Below, in pieces: positions 13,051 to 25,172 of a stretch of DNA of 64,000 nucleotides. Position 1 is the stretch's first letter. Each line of letters starts with the position of its first letter. Origin of the DNA: Lingula anatina. Lineage: Eukaryota > Animalia > Brachiopoda. A program made the position numbers and the translations under genes. The DNA lies in the NCBI GenBank assembly GCA_051362555.1, contig CM120642.1, positions 7,130,001 to 7,194,000 of the forward strand, in the 5' to 3' direction. The notes under the pieces are model-generated. The model was not told the DNA's origin. It saw only the letters and a list, made by a program, of their open reading frames with translations, and ran no database searches.

Positions 13051-14591
13051 GGTGCCAATTTCACAGAGCAGGACATGGAGATTTCCACATCCTGTTGATG
13101 ACTGTGTTACCTGATAACCTTAGTAAACATTCTTCCATCTCATTCACAACATGTTAATTTTAGGGACACACTACAGTTACACACAGTGACACCCAGTATC
13201 TGAAAGTCCTCTCTCTCTCTCTAAACTACACAGTCTATCTATTGTTGATGGTAAAGTGATATAGCATGCCTGAAATCCAAAACTCAAAAATATAAAAGGG
13301 TAGAATGAAAAAATTTCCACTTATTTTGATTTTATCAAGTTTTCTAACCACAATCATTGTTTTATCCTTATGTTTCTGTCAAAATAAACATTACCTGTTA
13401 GAAGACTCCTTTCTGTTATTAATAAATGACAAAATCCAGTGTTAATACTTCCCTATTGTTTTTCTGATATTCTGTTACCACCGTCCTGAGTAGGAAGTTC
13501 GTAATTCTAATATTAAAAACTCCCCTCTGTCACTCTGGTCCCAAAAACAACAAGCTTTCTGTCTAAATTTAGACACAAAAGCTCTGTATCTCTATGCGCT
13601 GATCACGAAAAGGTCCTGAAACAGCCTACCATGAGGCGTTTTATTATCTTTGACCCGCTGTGCATGGCTACAATTTTCTTTTCAAGTTAAAGTAATCTTG
13701 TCACAGGATCAGCTCTTAATTTGGTCCCACTGTGATTGAAAACTTCATTTGTGGCCGAAAGTCTAATCTAAAACCGCTCCATCAAGTTGCTGGGGGGCGG
13801 TTTCACAAAAGAATTACAGTAAAGAAATTCAGTCAGTTTACTGTCCTAATCAAAAAAGTTGTCAGCCGAGCACCAGCCCACCTTCACATTGCTGCAGTTT
13901 AGATACTCAGGTGACCTAATGCTGACATGGTGTCTAAATACTGATGTCCAAAAGTGCCCTTCATGTCACCATGCCATTTTAACTTTAGTGCAGGTGTGAA
14001 CTTTCCTCAAATCTCTCCTATCCTCGGGCAACTCTTTCCTCTTTGAACACTGTCTTCAACATAAATCTCACTTCTTCTATCTCAACTTTTCTTCTTGTTA
14101 CACATATCATTATTCAAGCAGAAGTGCCCTGTCTCTTTCTATTCTGTACAGCGTGTCTCCAACTGAGATCTAAAATTGCATGGTAATCAGTTTTCAAGGT
14201 TTTGAAAGGTTGTTGTCCCTTCCAAAGTTTGAGATGTTCAGTCACAAAAACTGTTGTGATAAGTGCAACTTACTGCCCACTGTTATACTGAAGTTTTTTT
14301 TCCCTTAGCTGCAGGGGGACCCTCTGTTCACACCCATATCTGATTGGATTATTTCTTTATCATGAAATGCCTGAAACCATTCTTAAATGTCAGACTGTCA
14401 TCTGCAGCAGATGTCCAATTACTTATTATTTAACTTGTCTGAAAATTAATAAATGTTCACAACAGCTGGGTTATATGTCTTTGTATCCTAGAAGTGTCTG
14501 TTTGGAAAACATACAAAGCAATCTAGTACAATTTGCTTTCATAATCTTTTGAATGTACCTGTAAAGGAACAATCAATTCTAAAAACACATG

Positions 14592-14592
<1 letters not shown>

Positions 14593-14636
<44 letters not shown>
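14593..14636. repeat. (CT)22 microsatellite
   Basis: Direct reading. Confidence 0.95.
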
Positions 14637-14638
<2 letters not shown>

Positions 14639-15735
14639 CACTTTTCTTGTGGTATATAAACTCCTGAGGCCATTCAGGTTTATTGATTTTTGTTTCTTAT
14701 CTCCCTACTTCAAAACCATCTGGTCACTGGGATGAACCGGGTGTTAATCCAATTAAGAAGATAGAGATTATCACTTCCCTAGAGACAAGATACCACCAAT
14801 ATTAGGACATTTCATTCCCCAGAGACAACTAGAAGGCCCAAAGTTCACACTCAATGATCAAAGACGCCACAATGTTGTAAAAACTAAAACAATTATTGGA
14901 TGATATCACACTATAGCAGTGCCGTTAATGAATCAACATTGTTGTAAGTTTCAAGATCCTGAAGAAATTGACAGGAACTGGTGTATGGGCCCTGCATCCT
15001 TGCTGCAAAGGAAACGAAGCGAATTCTAAATTCAATCAGGAAGTTGAAATTCGCTCCAGCTGATTTAAATTTTAAACATAGCACAATGGATAACTGTTTC
15101 TCACAATTTTTGATACTTTTCCCCCAAAAGCCTGTGTCAACCATATTATTGTAACAAGCAGATTACACAATGAATTGGTACTGTACCCCAAAAATCTCAA
15201 CTTCCTTTACTGCTTACACAGTGCTTTATGAGAAATCAAAAGCAAATGGCAATGTGGTACCCTGAAAATCAGAACCAAATTAAGAGAGATTGGCAAAATG
15301 CAAATATGAATGTGGATCTTCATAAACAAAAACAAAAAAATCAATAAAATGCAAGAACCAAAACCATTTGAAGGGTTTCTGGAAGGAGGGGATAAATACA
15401 ACACATTAATATTTCCAGATTTAATCCAGAAGACTATTTTTGAAAAATGTTACTGTTGCAGAACAAGAATTTGACTGAAACTTTGAAATGCACCCCCATC
15501 TCTGGAAAGGCAACATCTTCACTTGCCTATTCACCGCAGTGAAACACATATGTTATAACAGAAATGAAAACCAGAAATTCACACAGATCCCAAGACCATG
15601 ACAGTTTTGTTAAGCAACTAAGATAGCAAACTCTGTGAGGAAATCAAATAAATAAACAAAAGCTAAACCTTTATACTAATAATTGGTTTCTACCAGCTAC
15701 CATTGAGAAATGTGGTTGTAGGAGGACACCCGGTC

Positions 15736-16269
15736 TGATTGACAGCTGTCACTAGGCAACCTACTGTGACATGTGTTGTCATAACAACTGCCGATACATG
15801 GGATACCCTTGAGAACCAAACTAGGACTGGACTGGTTACCTCTTTATTGTATTATACAGTTAATGTAAATAATGTTAATGACATCTTTTTACATTCAATT
15901 TATTGTTTTACATAAATAAAGTGACATTTGGATCCTTCTTACTTATGTTTTAATATTTGCACGTAATCTTTTTTGTTTCTAACCAAAAACAGGTTTCTAT
16001 ATTTCTAAAGCAAATGGCAATATGTTATTATGAAAACATCCTCTTGAACTTTCTAAATTCCACCTCATGCTCATGACATACTTTGAGATTGTAAAAAAGA
16101 CAAGTGGTTTTCTCCTTTGTATACTTGACTTCCCTTCCCTATCCTTACTGCAGGAAGCCTGGACCATTCTGATACCGTCCAAATACTTCTAATCACTAAG
16201 AAAATTGCAATACTTTAAAGCACCTTTTTCCGCCCTCCACCCACCTTTACAACTGGTTGCCATGGTAAC
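15736..16269. promoter_or_regulatory. Candidate enhancer: Pbx/Meis site plus RFX X-boxes
   Basis: TGATTGACAG 15736-15745, GTCACTAGGCAAC 15748-15760, GTTGCCATGGTAAC 16256-16269. Confidence 0.4.
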
Positions 16270-19200
16270 GGTGACATTGAACTGAGTAGGTCTTCCTCCA
16301 GGACAATGGTAATAAACACTCAATGTGATTCTGGTGCAAAAATATAAGTTACACCAAGTCTTCAAATACGAGAAAACCAACATGCAAAGTCTCTACCGAA
16401 TAGTCCGAAAGTTTGAACAAGTAGTCCTACTAGATACAGCCAGTAAGAATTTTGTTATTGTTTTACCAGATAGTAAGTCTACTTATGACTTTTCCAAAGG
16501 TGATATAGTAGCTCCTGCAGGCCAGGTGCTCTTAAATGCATGCTCTGACACAAACATGCAGAAAAATCAGAAAAGGATAATACAAACAAACTAAAATCAC
16601 CCTCTCAAGGTTGCTGCTTGTGCAACAGTCACAATCTGATATCTGTAGTATAGTTCCTCTAGCAGTAAGGGTGAGTTATCTTAACACAATTACTTCACAC
16701 TGTGAAGACATTTTGTCTGTCTCTTCAAACCTTTCAAGTTAGTCATATATAACTGGTACTTTCTGAGCATTCAGATAGGATGAACCAATCATTCAGTCTA
16801 GCAAAATGCAGAGAGTTCTCATGGCCAAACTGGGGTCAGTGTTTTTATCTTTCCTCTATCCCTGACACAAAGCCAGCTCTGTTCAGAAGAACCTTGCTAC
16901 TTTGTATGACACTGATCTGGTACTTAAACAATGTTTTCCTTGGTGGTTTTATCACTCATGTGTTGATAATTTCTGTAGATCGTGTATCCATTGTTGGTTT
17001 TAGTATCTGGAGTTTCGGACACCAAGGACGCATTGCACTTTAATACCGTATCACCTTTGACCATCTGTAGCATTTCTTGGTAGGCAATTTCTGAAACCAT
17101 TCTTCTTCTTCATTTTGTAAGTCCAAATTGAGCATCATTTGTTGTTGTTGATGATGATGATGACAACCATAACAGTGTTACCAAATGACACTATATAAGA
17201 AATATTTACAACACTGATTAACAATACTGATGATCAGTTTTGTTAATCATTAACAATAACAGTAGAGACTTCCAAATTGACCAACTGTGTTACACTGCCT
17301 CCTTGAAATTCACAAAATGGCAAAAGATAATCCAAGTGACGTTTGCCTAAGTTGTGGGTGAATTGCAAATTCTATGTCAAGATCTCTCGAAAATTAGCGT
17401 GGCACAGCTGCGTCTGAGCCTGTTTTCTCTTAAATGACAAATTTCAATCTTCTTACCATCTGCTCTCAGTTAGTGACATCCTTTGGGAGGACTTCCCCTG
17501 CCCCTGTCAACACGGTTATCTCACCTTGGGTCATATTACGTGAGGGTGCTCATGAATTTGTCCCAACTCTGAGCAAGAGTGCACGAGTGAACCCATGCTC
17601 ACCTCGTTATGAAACGGGAGCATGTGCATGCATGCATGTACGTGTGTGTAGAAGGCAAGGAGGTGTAGAAAATAATAACTCTGCACTATACTCCTGGAAC
17701 CATGCACCTTGAAGCATTTCTTTCACTTAAACCATTCAAACTAAGCCTACCAGATCAAAAATTCATCCAACGTGTTTTATTGATATGGAAACACCACCAA
17801 TCCAACAAGAAAAGGATTGAACAATTACAGCCCTTCAGAAAAAAGTAAGAAATTCAATTAGAATGACCTCATACTTAAATAATATCACCCCCCCCCCCCA
17901 TTATGAAGAACATGGCCCTTTTATCACACTTGACCATACTTTAACTGATATCAGTGCCCCTCTTATTCCCCTTTTCCAGTTTAGATGCTTTACCATGCAC
18001 ATCAAGACATTCTCTTTACACGTTTTGCAATGTGCACTGCTATCTTTTAAAGGCACCTGTACACACGGAAACAATACCTTCATTGTTTGGGAAAATTATT
18101 TTGCACCGAGATTGGCTGCTTGTAATTTTGTCTACACCAAACTATGTGAAAATCTCTCAATAACACATTAAAAGTGGGATGACGCTCTTTCATCATCCTG
18201 TAATATGAAAATTGTCAGGAAAAGTCGGTTGTTCCTCAATTTAAGGGACTAGTCAGTCTCAGTAAATAAGATCAGAGTAAATTTTGCGGTCGATCTCCTC
18301 CTGCATTCTGTCACGTCGCAATGCACTGTACATACGACCTCAGTGTACAGTTACCCTGTACCTTATAATAAAACACTCAACCTATCATATCTGGGTCAGT
18401 GAAAAAAAATTTCCACAAATCACCTCGGGTCGTTTTAAGGTTGACGGCTCTGCGGTTAACTAAATGACACATTATGCTTATGGTTTTTAAAGCAACTTGT
18501 GCTTTGTAGTATTTTAGATGGAGATTAGTATGATTAGGAGTTACCAAGCCTGTCATTACTTACACATACTTTACTTGACCTTCCTGGCTTCTACACTGAA
18601 ATTTTGCCACAAGGACTAAGGACCTGAAGAATATTTCAATTACGCTCCCAACAAAATGTTTCTCCACCCGAAACCGGTTCAACCTATCCCTTAATGAAAA
18701 GGGCAGTTAAAGTTAAACCACAGTCTTTCCCCAACATATAAAGTTATTGAAATGTTTTACTTGTTTCAATGGAGAAAATACAGAATTTCTTATCATCTAA
18801 TTGACACTGGCTAAATCCTTAAAAATATGATCTTGAGCCCTCAATAAGCTCAAAACAAACGGGAGAAATTCCTGAGTAATCCAAGGTGAAAATATTTCCA
18901 ATGTGCTGCAGATTAAAACTGATATCCTATAATTTAGCAATCACAAGGCCTTATCTGTGCTCTGTACATGAGCAATGGCATCCCCTCCAAGGTGCAGTTC
19001 TCACTTCAGCCTCACTGTTCTAATATCCAACTTTTTCATGACTTATCATTTGCAGACACTTACACCAATGTATCGTATGACACAAATCCAACTATTCTTT
19101 CAAAACTTTTGAATTGTTGTTTTTAAATCAAATATAATTAATTAAAATAAAAATTTTATAGGGGAAAATAATTCTCTTTGTTTGATTTCAGTGAGTAATT

Positions 19201-19760
19201 ACCGTATTAACCATGTCCTTATGCTGTCAGCCCTTATCTTCCATTTTCATAAGAAAAATATGAAAAGATAGAGCACATCCTTCTATTTACATTATAGATC
19301 ATCTAATGCCTATGGCCAGGGTGGTGGGCAAGGGGGAGGGCATAAAAACCACCCTTTTCATTCTGAATCAAAATTTGATCCACGTCCTATGCCATTTTCT
19401 CAAATTGAGTCAACTGAGGAGGAGAAAGATACACATTTTAGAAAAAAAACATCCCCACTTGAAGTTCCTTGCTTTAGATCAGTATAGTAAATGTTGACAA
19501 TTCCCATCAGAGAGAAGAAAGATACAGCATGTACTTGCACTTACTATAGTACCTCACTCGATTTCTAACACAAGTTCAGATTTCACTGACATCAACAGGA
19601 AAGATACATATCTTCACATTTGCTCTAGTTATTTCTCTCTCCATTTACAAACTCAATTTTCAAGTTACCACACCAAAAAATAAATAAATAAACATTAATA
19701 TATCTTAGTTGCTACCTCATTCCAAGTATAAGTCAAGTTGATTTTACCATGACAGACTAA

Positions 19761-19986
19761 GACCCCATTCCCATAGATTTTAGATCGATCTATCCTTGTG
19801 GGGAGTCTCACTAGATTACTGTCAGCTTAGCCAGCTTAAAGCGTCTGTCCCGCCTACTAAAAGCTGTAAGGGGGTAATTAACTATGGTGCGCGCTCGGCT
19901 AACTGCAATTTAGCGTGAACCCCAAGGGAGTTAGGTCGATCTAAATCTAAATCTCTGGATCGATCTAAATCTCTGGGAATGCACCC
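19761..19986. mobile_element. PIF/Harbinger-like MITE, 226 bp
   Basis: Imperfect ~30-bp TIRs (gaccccattcccatagattttagatcgatc versus reverse complement gggtgcattcccagagatttagatcgatc), TAA on both flanks, internal gatctaaatct repeats. Confidence 0.75.
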
Positions 19987-22435
19987 TAAGGACATGTGCC
20001 TAGTATACCTTGACTCCTACTGCTACGGTTATTGACTTTACATGATGACACCCATTTTTGAAGGAGGGGCAATTGTTACCATGTCAAACTGTATACAACA
20101 GGTGAAACCAATAACCTAACCTTACTTGGTATTCCCTCAACAAATATGACATCCTTGGTAAAGCATGAATATTTTCTCGTGGTGTACTTTTCACAAAGTA
20201 TTCCTTATGACCCTTTGCATATTTGGACAAAAACAAAGACAAAAATCTTTTAGCAATTAAGCATTCTTGACTAAGATTATGTTGATTATAATTCTAAATT
20301 GAGATCATGATTAAAAATCTATTTGTCACAAAAAATAACCTGCTCATGAGGAAATCTCATGGAAAAAGCAAAGGAGCACAAGCTGATAAATAAACTGTAA
20401 TAACTATATGTAAATTGGTGAAGTTGTAAAGCCTATAGAATTAGCCTTTATTTACCTGAAGAGAATCCCAAGATCTTTGCCAATCCTGCTGCATCCATGT
20501 TACTATGCATATATATACATGAATATACACACATACAGCTCTATCTATGTAGGCCACCAATATTACAGAAATCCAGGTAAACCCTACGAAGTTTAGCCAA
20601 CATTCCAATACAAACTCTCCAAGGTTCTATCTTATAATATTCCCTATCATTGGGTATTGTAATACAATGAAGACTTCAGGTGGCTTCCTTTTGTCTAGAA
20701 GTCCAGATAGCTGGTCATCGGTATGGGCTTCTGGTCATCTATAGTGGTCAGTGAGGACTGTCTCTCAACCAGTAAACAAACAGTGCCATCATGACTAAAC
20801 AAGCAAATCCCAGGTATTCTGCCAGATTAGAGAAGATGCCGGATTAAATGTGAAATCTTCTCAGGATTACAGGTTTGCCAGGGTTCGGATTTTTCCTTAA
20901 ACCTCTGTTTGTCTTACAACAACAAAATGCCTCAAATTCATCCCCAAATCTCTCTCTGGAATCTGTAAGTAAAATCCCTCCTTTTTTTGACACACAGTTT
21001 ATATCATATGGTAAGCTTAGGGATATCTCTCCTACGTGGTAAGAATGCACCGATGATCACCTGTCTGCACTTACAAGTTTCTCTCATCATTCATCTGCAT
21101 ACATAAGTGACCTGTAGGTATGTGGATCAAATGTCTCCATAAATATATTACTTGTTTTAGGGCCAGTTGCTGCAGTCGTCAGGATTTATATATGCAGTTT
21201 ATATCGTCTAGCTGCAGGTGAACTGTACATGTCATACAAATTTGCTCCTCTTTCATCATTTCCTCTCAATAGATCCACTCTACTGTGAACACTACTAGTT
21301 ACCTACACAAGTCTCAATTTACTGCTCATCATTGAAAATTCCCTATATACAAGCCTCTATTTACTGTTCACTATTGAAAAAGCCAATGGCAAATTCTGCA
21401 AAAATGCAACACAAAGTAAATCTCAATTCAAGTCAGTAGAAGTTTCCTATGTCCAGCCAAAGACTTAATGTACCGTGCCAGGAACACTCCTTCACCATCA
21501 GATTTCAAGAGTCACTGAATCCTCTGTATCCACCGGGGTTTTTATCCCCACTTCAATGTCCAGCGCGATGAGTCTGTAGTCTCCACTTACTGTTCATTCA
21601 TGAGTTAAGAGTTCCTAGCCTTATCTCCAGTTTCCCAATCAGAATGGGTTGCGACCTGTATCAACTGTAGCTTTTTCTCCCGATTTCCTCTCATAACAAC
21701 CTGTTTGCATCATAAGGCATATTAGCCTTCTACAAGAATGTAGCCCCAGCGGCCTCCAGCTTCCTGTTCAATAAATCCGTGTCACCGATCCAAACCTCTT
21801 GTGTCACAGTGATGTCACAACAGACAGGTCAATGTTCCGTGTCACCTCAATGTCAAACACTACCGTAGCTATCCTAAGTGTCAAATGTCACAGGCCCAAG
21901 CTGTATTATTCCTTTTCCTAACCCTAGCAGTCATCACCCTGTGTGTAAAATGCTCAGGTATGGCAAGTTCACCTGTCTACAGATCAGCATGGCCTGCCAA
22001 TATAAACAGGGCTTTACAGGGCGCATTCCAGAGGCTTGCAGTGAATAGTGTGCATTACCTGAATACACAGGGCCATAGTCACTGACTCTGTTGACTTAAA
22101 GGCATGAATGAATAGCACATTTACAAGTCCTTAACTCTGGTAACACACACAGTGTTCAAAACTATCTCAGTTGACCAAGGCTCTTTCAAATCGGAAGCTG
22201 CTCAATCAAAACGAGATGTAAACAAGAATTTTGAGAAGGACCTTCCCCTCTTCCTGCGATAAAATTAAAAACAAACTTTGTAATCCTCTCCTGATATCAA
22301 GTTTTCTTCGATATCAAAAGGACCAATGATGCACATCCTTGGTACCAGTACCAATGGTGTAACCATATTTTTTTTCAATAAATCCTCAACTCAGCTGGAG
22401 ACTTCAGCCATTCAGCTGCACTCCCACCAGGTTCA

Positions 22436-22477
22436 ACTTGGATCTAATCATAGTTTACTTGGATCCAATCATAGTTT
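22436..22477. repeat. 21-bp tandem duplication (acttggatcYaatcatagttt x2)
   Basis: Two copies, one mismatch. Confidence 0.88.
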
Positions 22478-23564
22478 AAACCACTGCTGCTGAACTAACA
22501 TCGTTAATTTCCAGAATCTACATCGGATGTCTGTGATGAGCTTAAAGTGGAGAGTGCTCAGAGAAGAGTTGTCTTAAGGCAAGAGGATCCAACTTTTATG
22601 TAAAGGCACCCTAAGTCCTTTTTATACTATAAACTGCTCAAGTTGTCTGATAACCATATTCAAAATTATTGCAGTTTAAGCTGAAGGACATTTGAACAGG
22701 ACTTAAATAACTAGGACTCCTACACCAGAAGACACAAGCCTTTTAGAAGCACAGTTCCGCTTCCTAACCACAACTTGAGCCCTGATCGCACACGGCCCTT
22801 GACATCAAAGCCACAAAAGATACAATGTCAACATTGGAAGTGACGGAAATAAGGCTAAAAAGAATGGAAATATTTATGTTCTGATTGTGCGACTTTCTAT
22901 TCCCGCCCCAATTATATCAGTCAGCCTATCCTGTCGACCACTTAGATTCCATTCTTAACTGAAAATAATTGGTTTCTAGTGAGAACCCTGTGTTTTCACT
23001 TGTTAACTAAACTGAAAGATTACCCTCAAAGGCCACAAGTGTATACATTATCTGCATTATCGGCATTTCAAATAGTCCTTAGGAATTTCTACTACAAGAT
23101 ACATACATTTCAAGTTTAAAGATAAAGTTTATCCAAAATAATATTCACATTAAAATACATCACCTTTTATGATCATCAACGATTTATCTTAACAGATTCT
23201 GGGAAATTTTCTACACAAAATTTACTGACAGCTTGTCTATCTCTAGATTCAATGAATTATAGTGAGCTTCACAGTTATTAAGCCATCCTCAAATCCTTTT
23301 CCCCTTCCCAAACAATTAGCTTTTACAAAAAGCGCTTGGGTCCCAACATTTGAAAGCAGATGGACTTGACCCCCTGTACACCCATCCCTTATACTCTCTT
23401 TATAAGCATTCGACACAATGACACTCCAGTACAGGGTAATGCAATCAAGCATCTTCACCCACAATTTTGAACAATTTTTGCCTTCTTTCTTTTTCTTTGA
23501 AAAAAAAGGCAAACAGATGATGATAGCCCTTTGTGTTTTTTTTTTTGTTTCTTAACACAAAGAG

Positions 23565-23733
23565 CAGGTCTGTAGCCAGGGGTAGTTTGGGGACCCAAGG
23601 AACCACCCTTTTTTAAACAGAAAAAGCTCCACTTTGGGTAAAATTTGATCTCGGTACATAGAGGTTTCATGGTAAATAGTCCACATTTTCAGAAAAAGAA
23701 CCCCCTCTTTGACAATTGCTGGCTGGGGGCCTG
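23565..23733. mobile_element. hAT-like MITE, 169 bp, degraded
   Basis: Ends CAGGTCTGTAGCCAG / CTGGCTGGGGGCCTG are imperfect 15-bp TIRs. The right end is homologous to 28803-28856 (inverted). No clean TSD, so the superfamily is tentative. Confidence 0.6.
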
Positions 23734-23956
23734 GAGAGTGCTATGGTACTGGATTTTAATCAGCAGTCTCTGTGGCTCTGATCATGATACACTGGATCTC
23801 ATATTACCTTCCTTGTGGCATTTTATGTCATTGTTAGTGCCATTTCCAGAAAACAGGTCAGAGACTGATTGGATTAAAACTCATAAAATTTAATATGAAA
23901 ATATTTGTTTTCCTTGTACCAGTTGTTGGGCCCCTGTTTGTCCTATTGACTCCTTA

Positions 23957-24213
23957 GGCTTCATTCACATGCAATGTCTATTTTCTAAATTCTATTTTCT
24001 ATTCGCGGTATGTCTTATGATCACGGTCTGTGCCCTGAATATCCCGCGGCGTAATTACTGGCAGCGCGAGCCAGTTACTATAAGTTACTTTAAGTAACTG
24101 GCTCGCGCTGCCAGTAATTACGCCGCGGGATATTCAGGGCACAGACCATAATCATAAGATACCGCGAATAGAAAATAGAATTTAGAAAATAGACATTGCA
24201 TGTGAATGAAGCC
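23957..24213. mobile_element. Palindromic PIF/Harbinger (Tourist-like) MITE, 257 bp
   Basis: Arms 23957-24079 and 24093-24213 are near-perfect inverted repeats starting GGCTTCATTCACATGCAATG. TTA target-site duplication at 23954-23956 and 24214-24216. CpG-rich relative to flanks. Confidence 0.92.
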
Positions 24214-25122
24214 TTACTCTTTGTTGACAGTTGTTCAGTTATTCTTAATAGTGTTAAATAGTAAATCTAATGTTAAAATATCTTTTATACAGTTATTACA
24301 ATGTCATAGCCATAAACATATATAATTAGGCCATAGCCTACTGTCAAAATAGCACTTATACATTGAGTGGAAAACAGAAAAAATGGTGATTGTACAAATA
24401 TGTTGGAGACAAGAGGAAGCATGTTCATCTGATTGCATTCAGCCAATGTCCTCATGGAGTCAGATTGATCTACATAGAAAATTAGTTTCAATGGGAATGA
24501 ACCCTATGATATCTTTCTTAAAGCATTAAAAATGAGCTTCATTTACACAATAGAAATGAATCAACACCACAGACCAAGAGCTCCAGTTACGGGAACACAT
24601 CCATATCCGCTCTAAAACCTTAGGGTAAATACTCCCCTAGAATCTGTACCAACTCATGGCAAATATGCTCTGGTCAACAAGTGGGCCATATAATTTGGAC
24701 TGACCAGGGGCCTGGTCAGTGGAAATAAATTAGCAAGCCAGTCCTTTGATGTCCACATCACTTTTCTCTGACATTCCTTTTGATGTTAACATCTGTTAGT
24801 TTAATTTGTAAGATGAGGAAGAGTGGACAAGAAATAAGAAGAGGCAGCAAAGGGGGGGGGGTAGAGAGCTGCCTCCTTAATAATTTTACTTTTGTTGTGG
24901 ATCAATTTGTTGAATTTTTCAAGGAAGACTTGTAGGAGAACAAGGAGTGATTGGAATTACATCATATATCAATACTATCATGCACACACACACACACACA
25001 CATTCATGGATGCATTTGTTGGTAAATAGCTACAAACTCAATGTTAAATTTTTTCAAACTTTTCAAACTTTTCAACATGAACTTCAGAGTATTGCATGCA
25101 AACAAACAAATAAATGCTGATT

Positions 25123-25172
25123 CACACACACACACACGCACGCACACACACACACACACACACAAACACACA
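25123..25172. repeat. Interrupted (CA)n microsatellite
   Basis: Direct reading; a shorter CA run also occurs at ~24983-25002. Confidence 0.9.
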
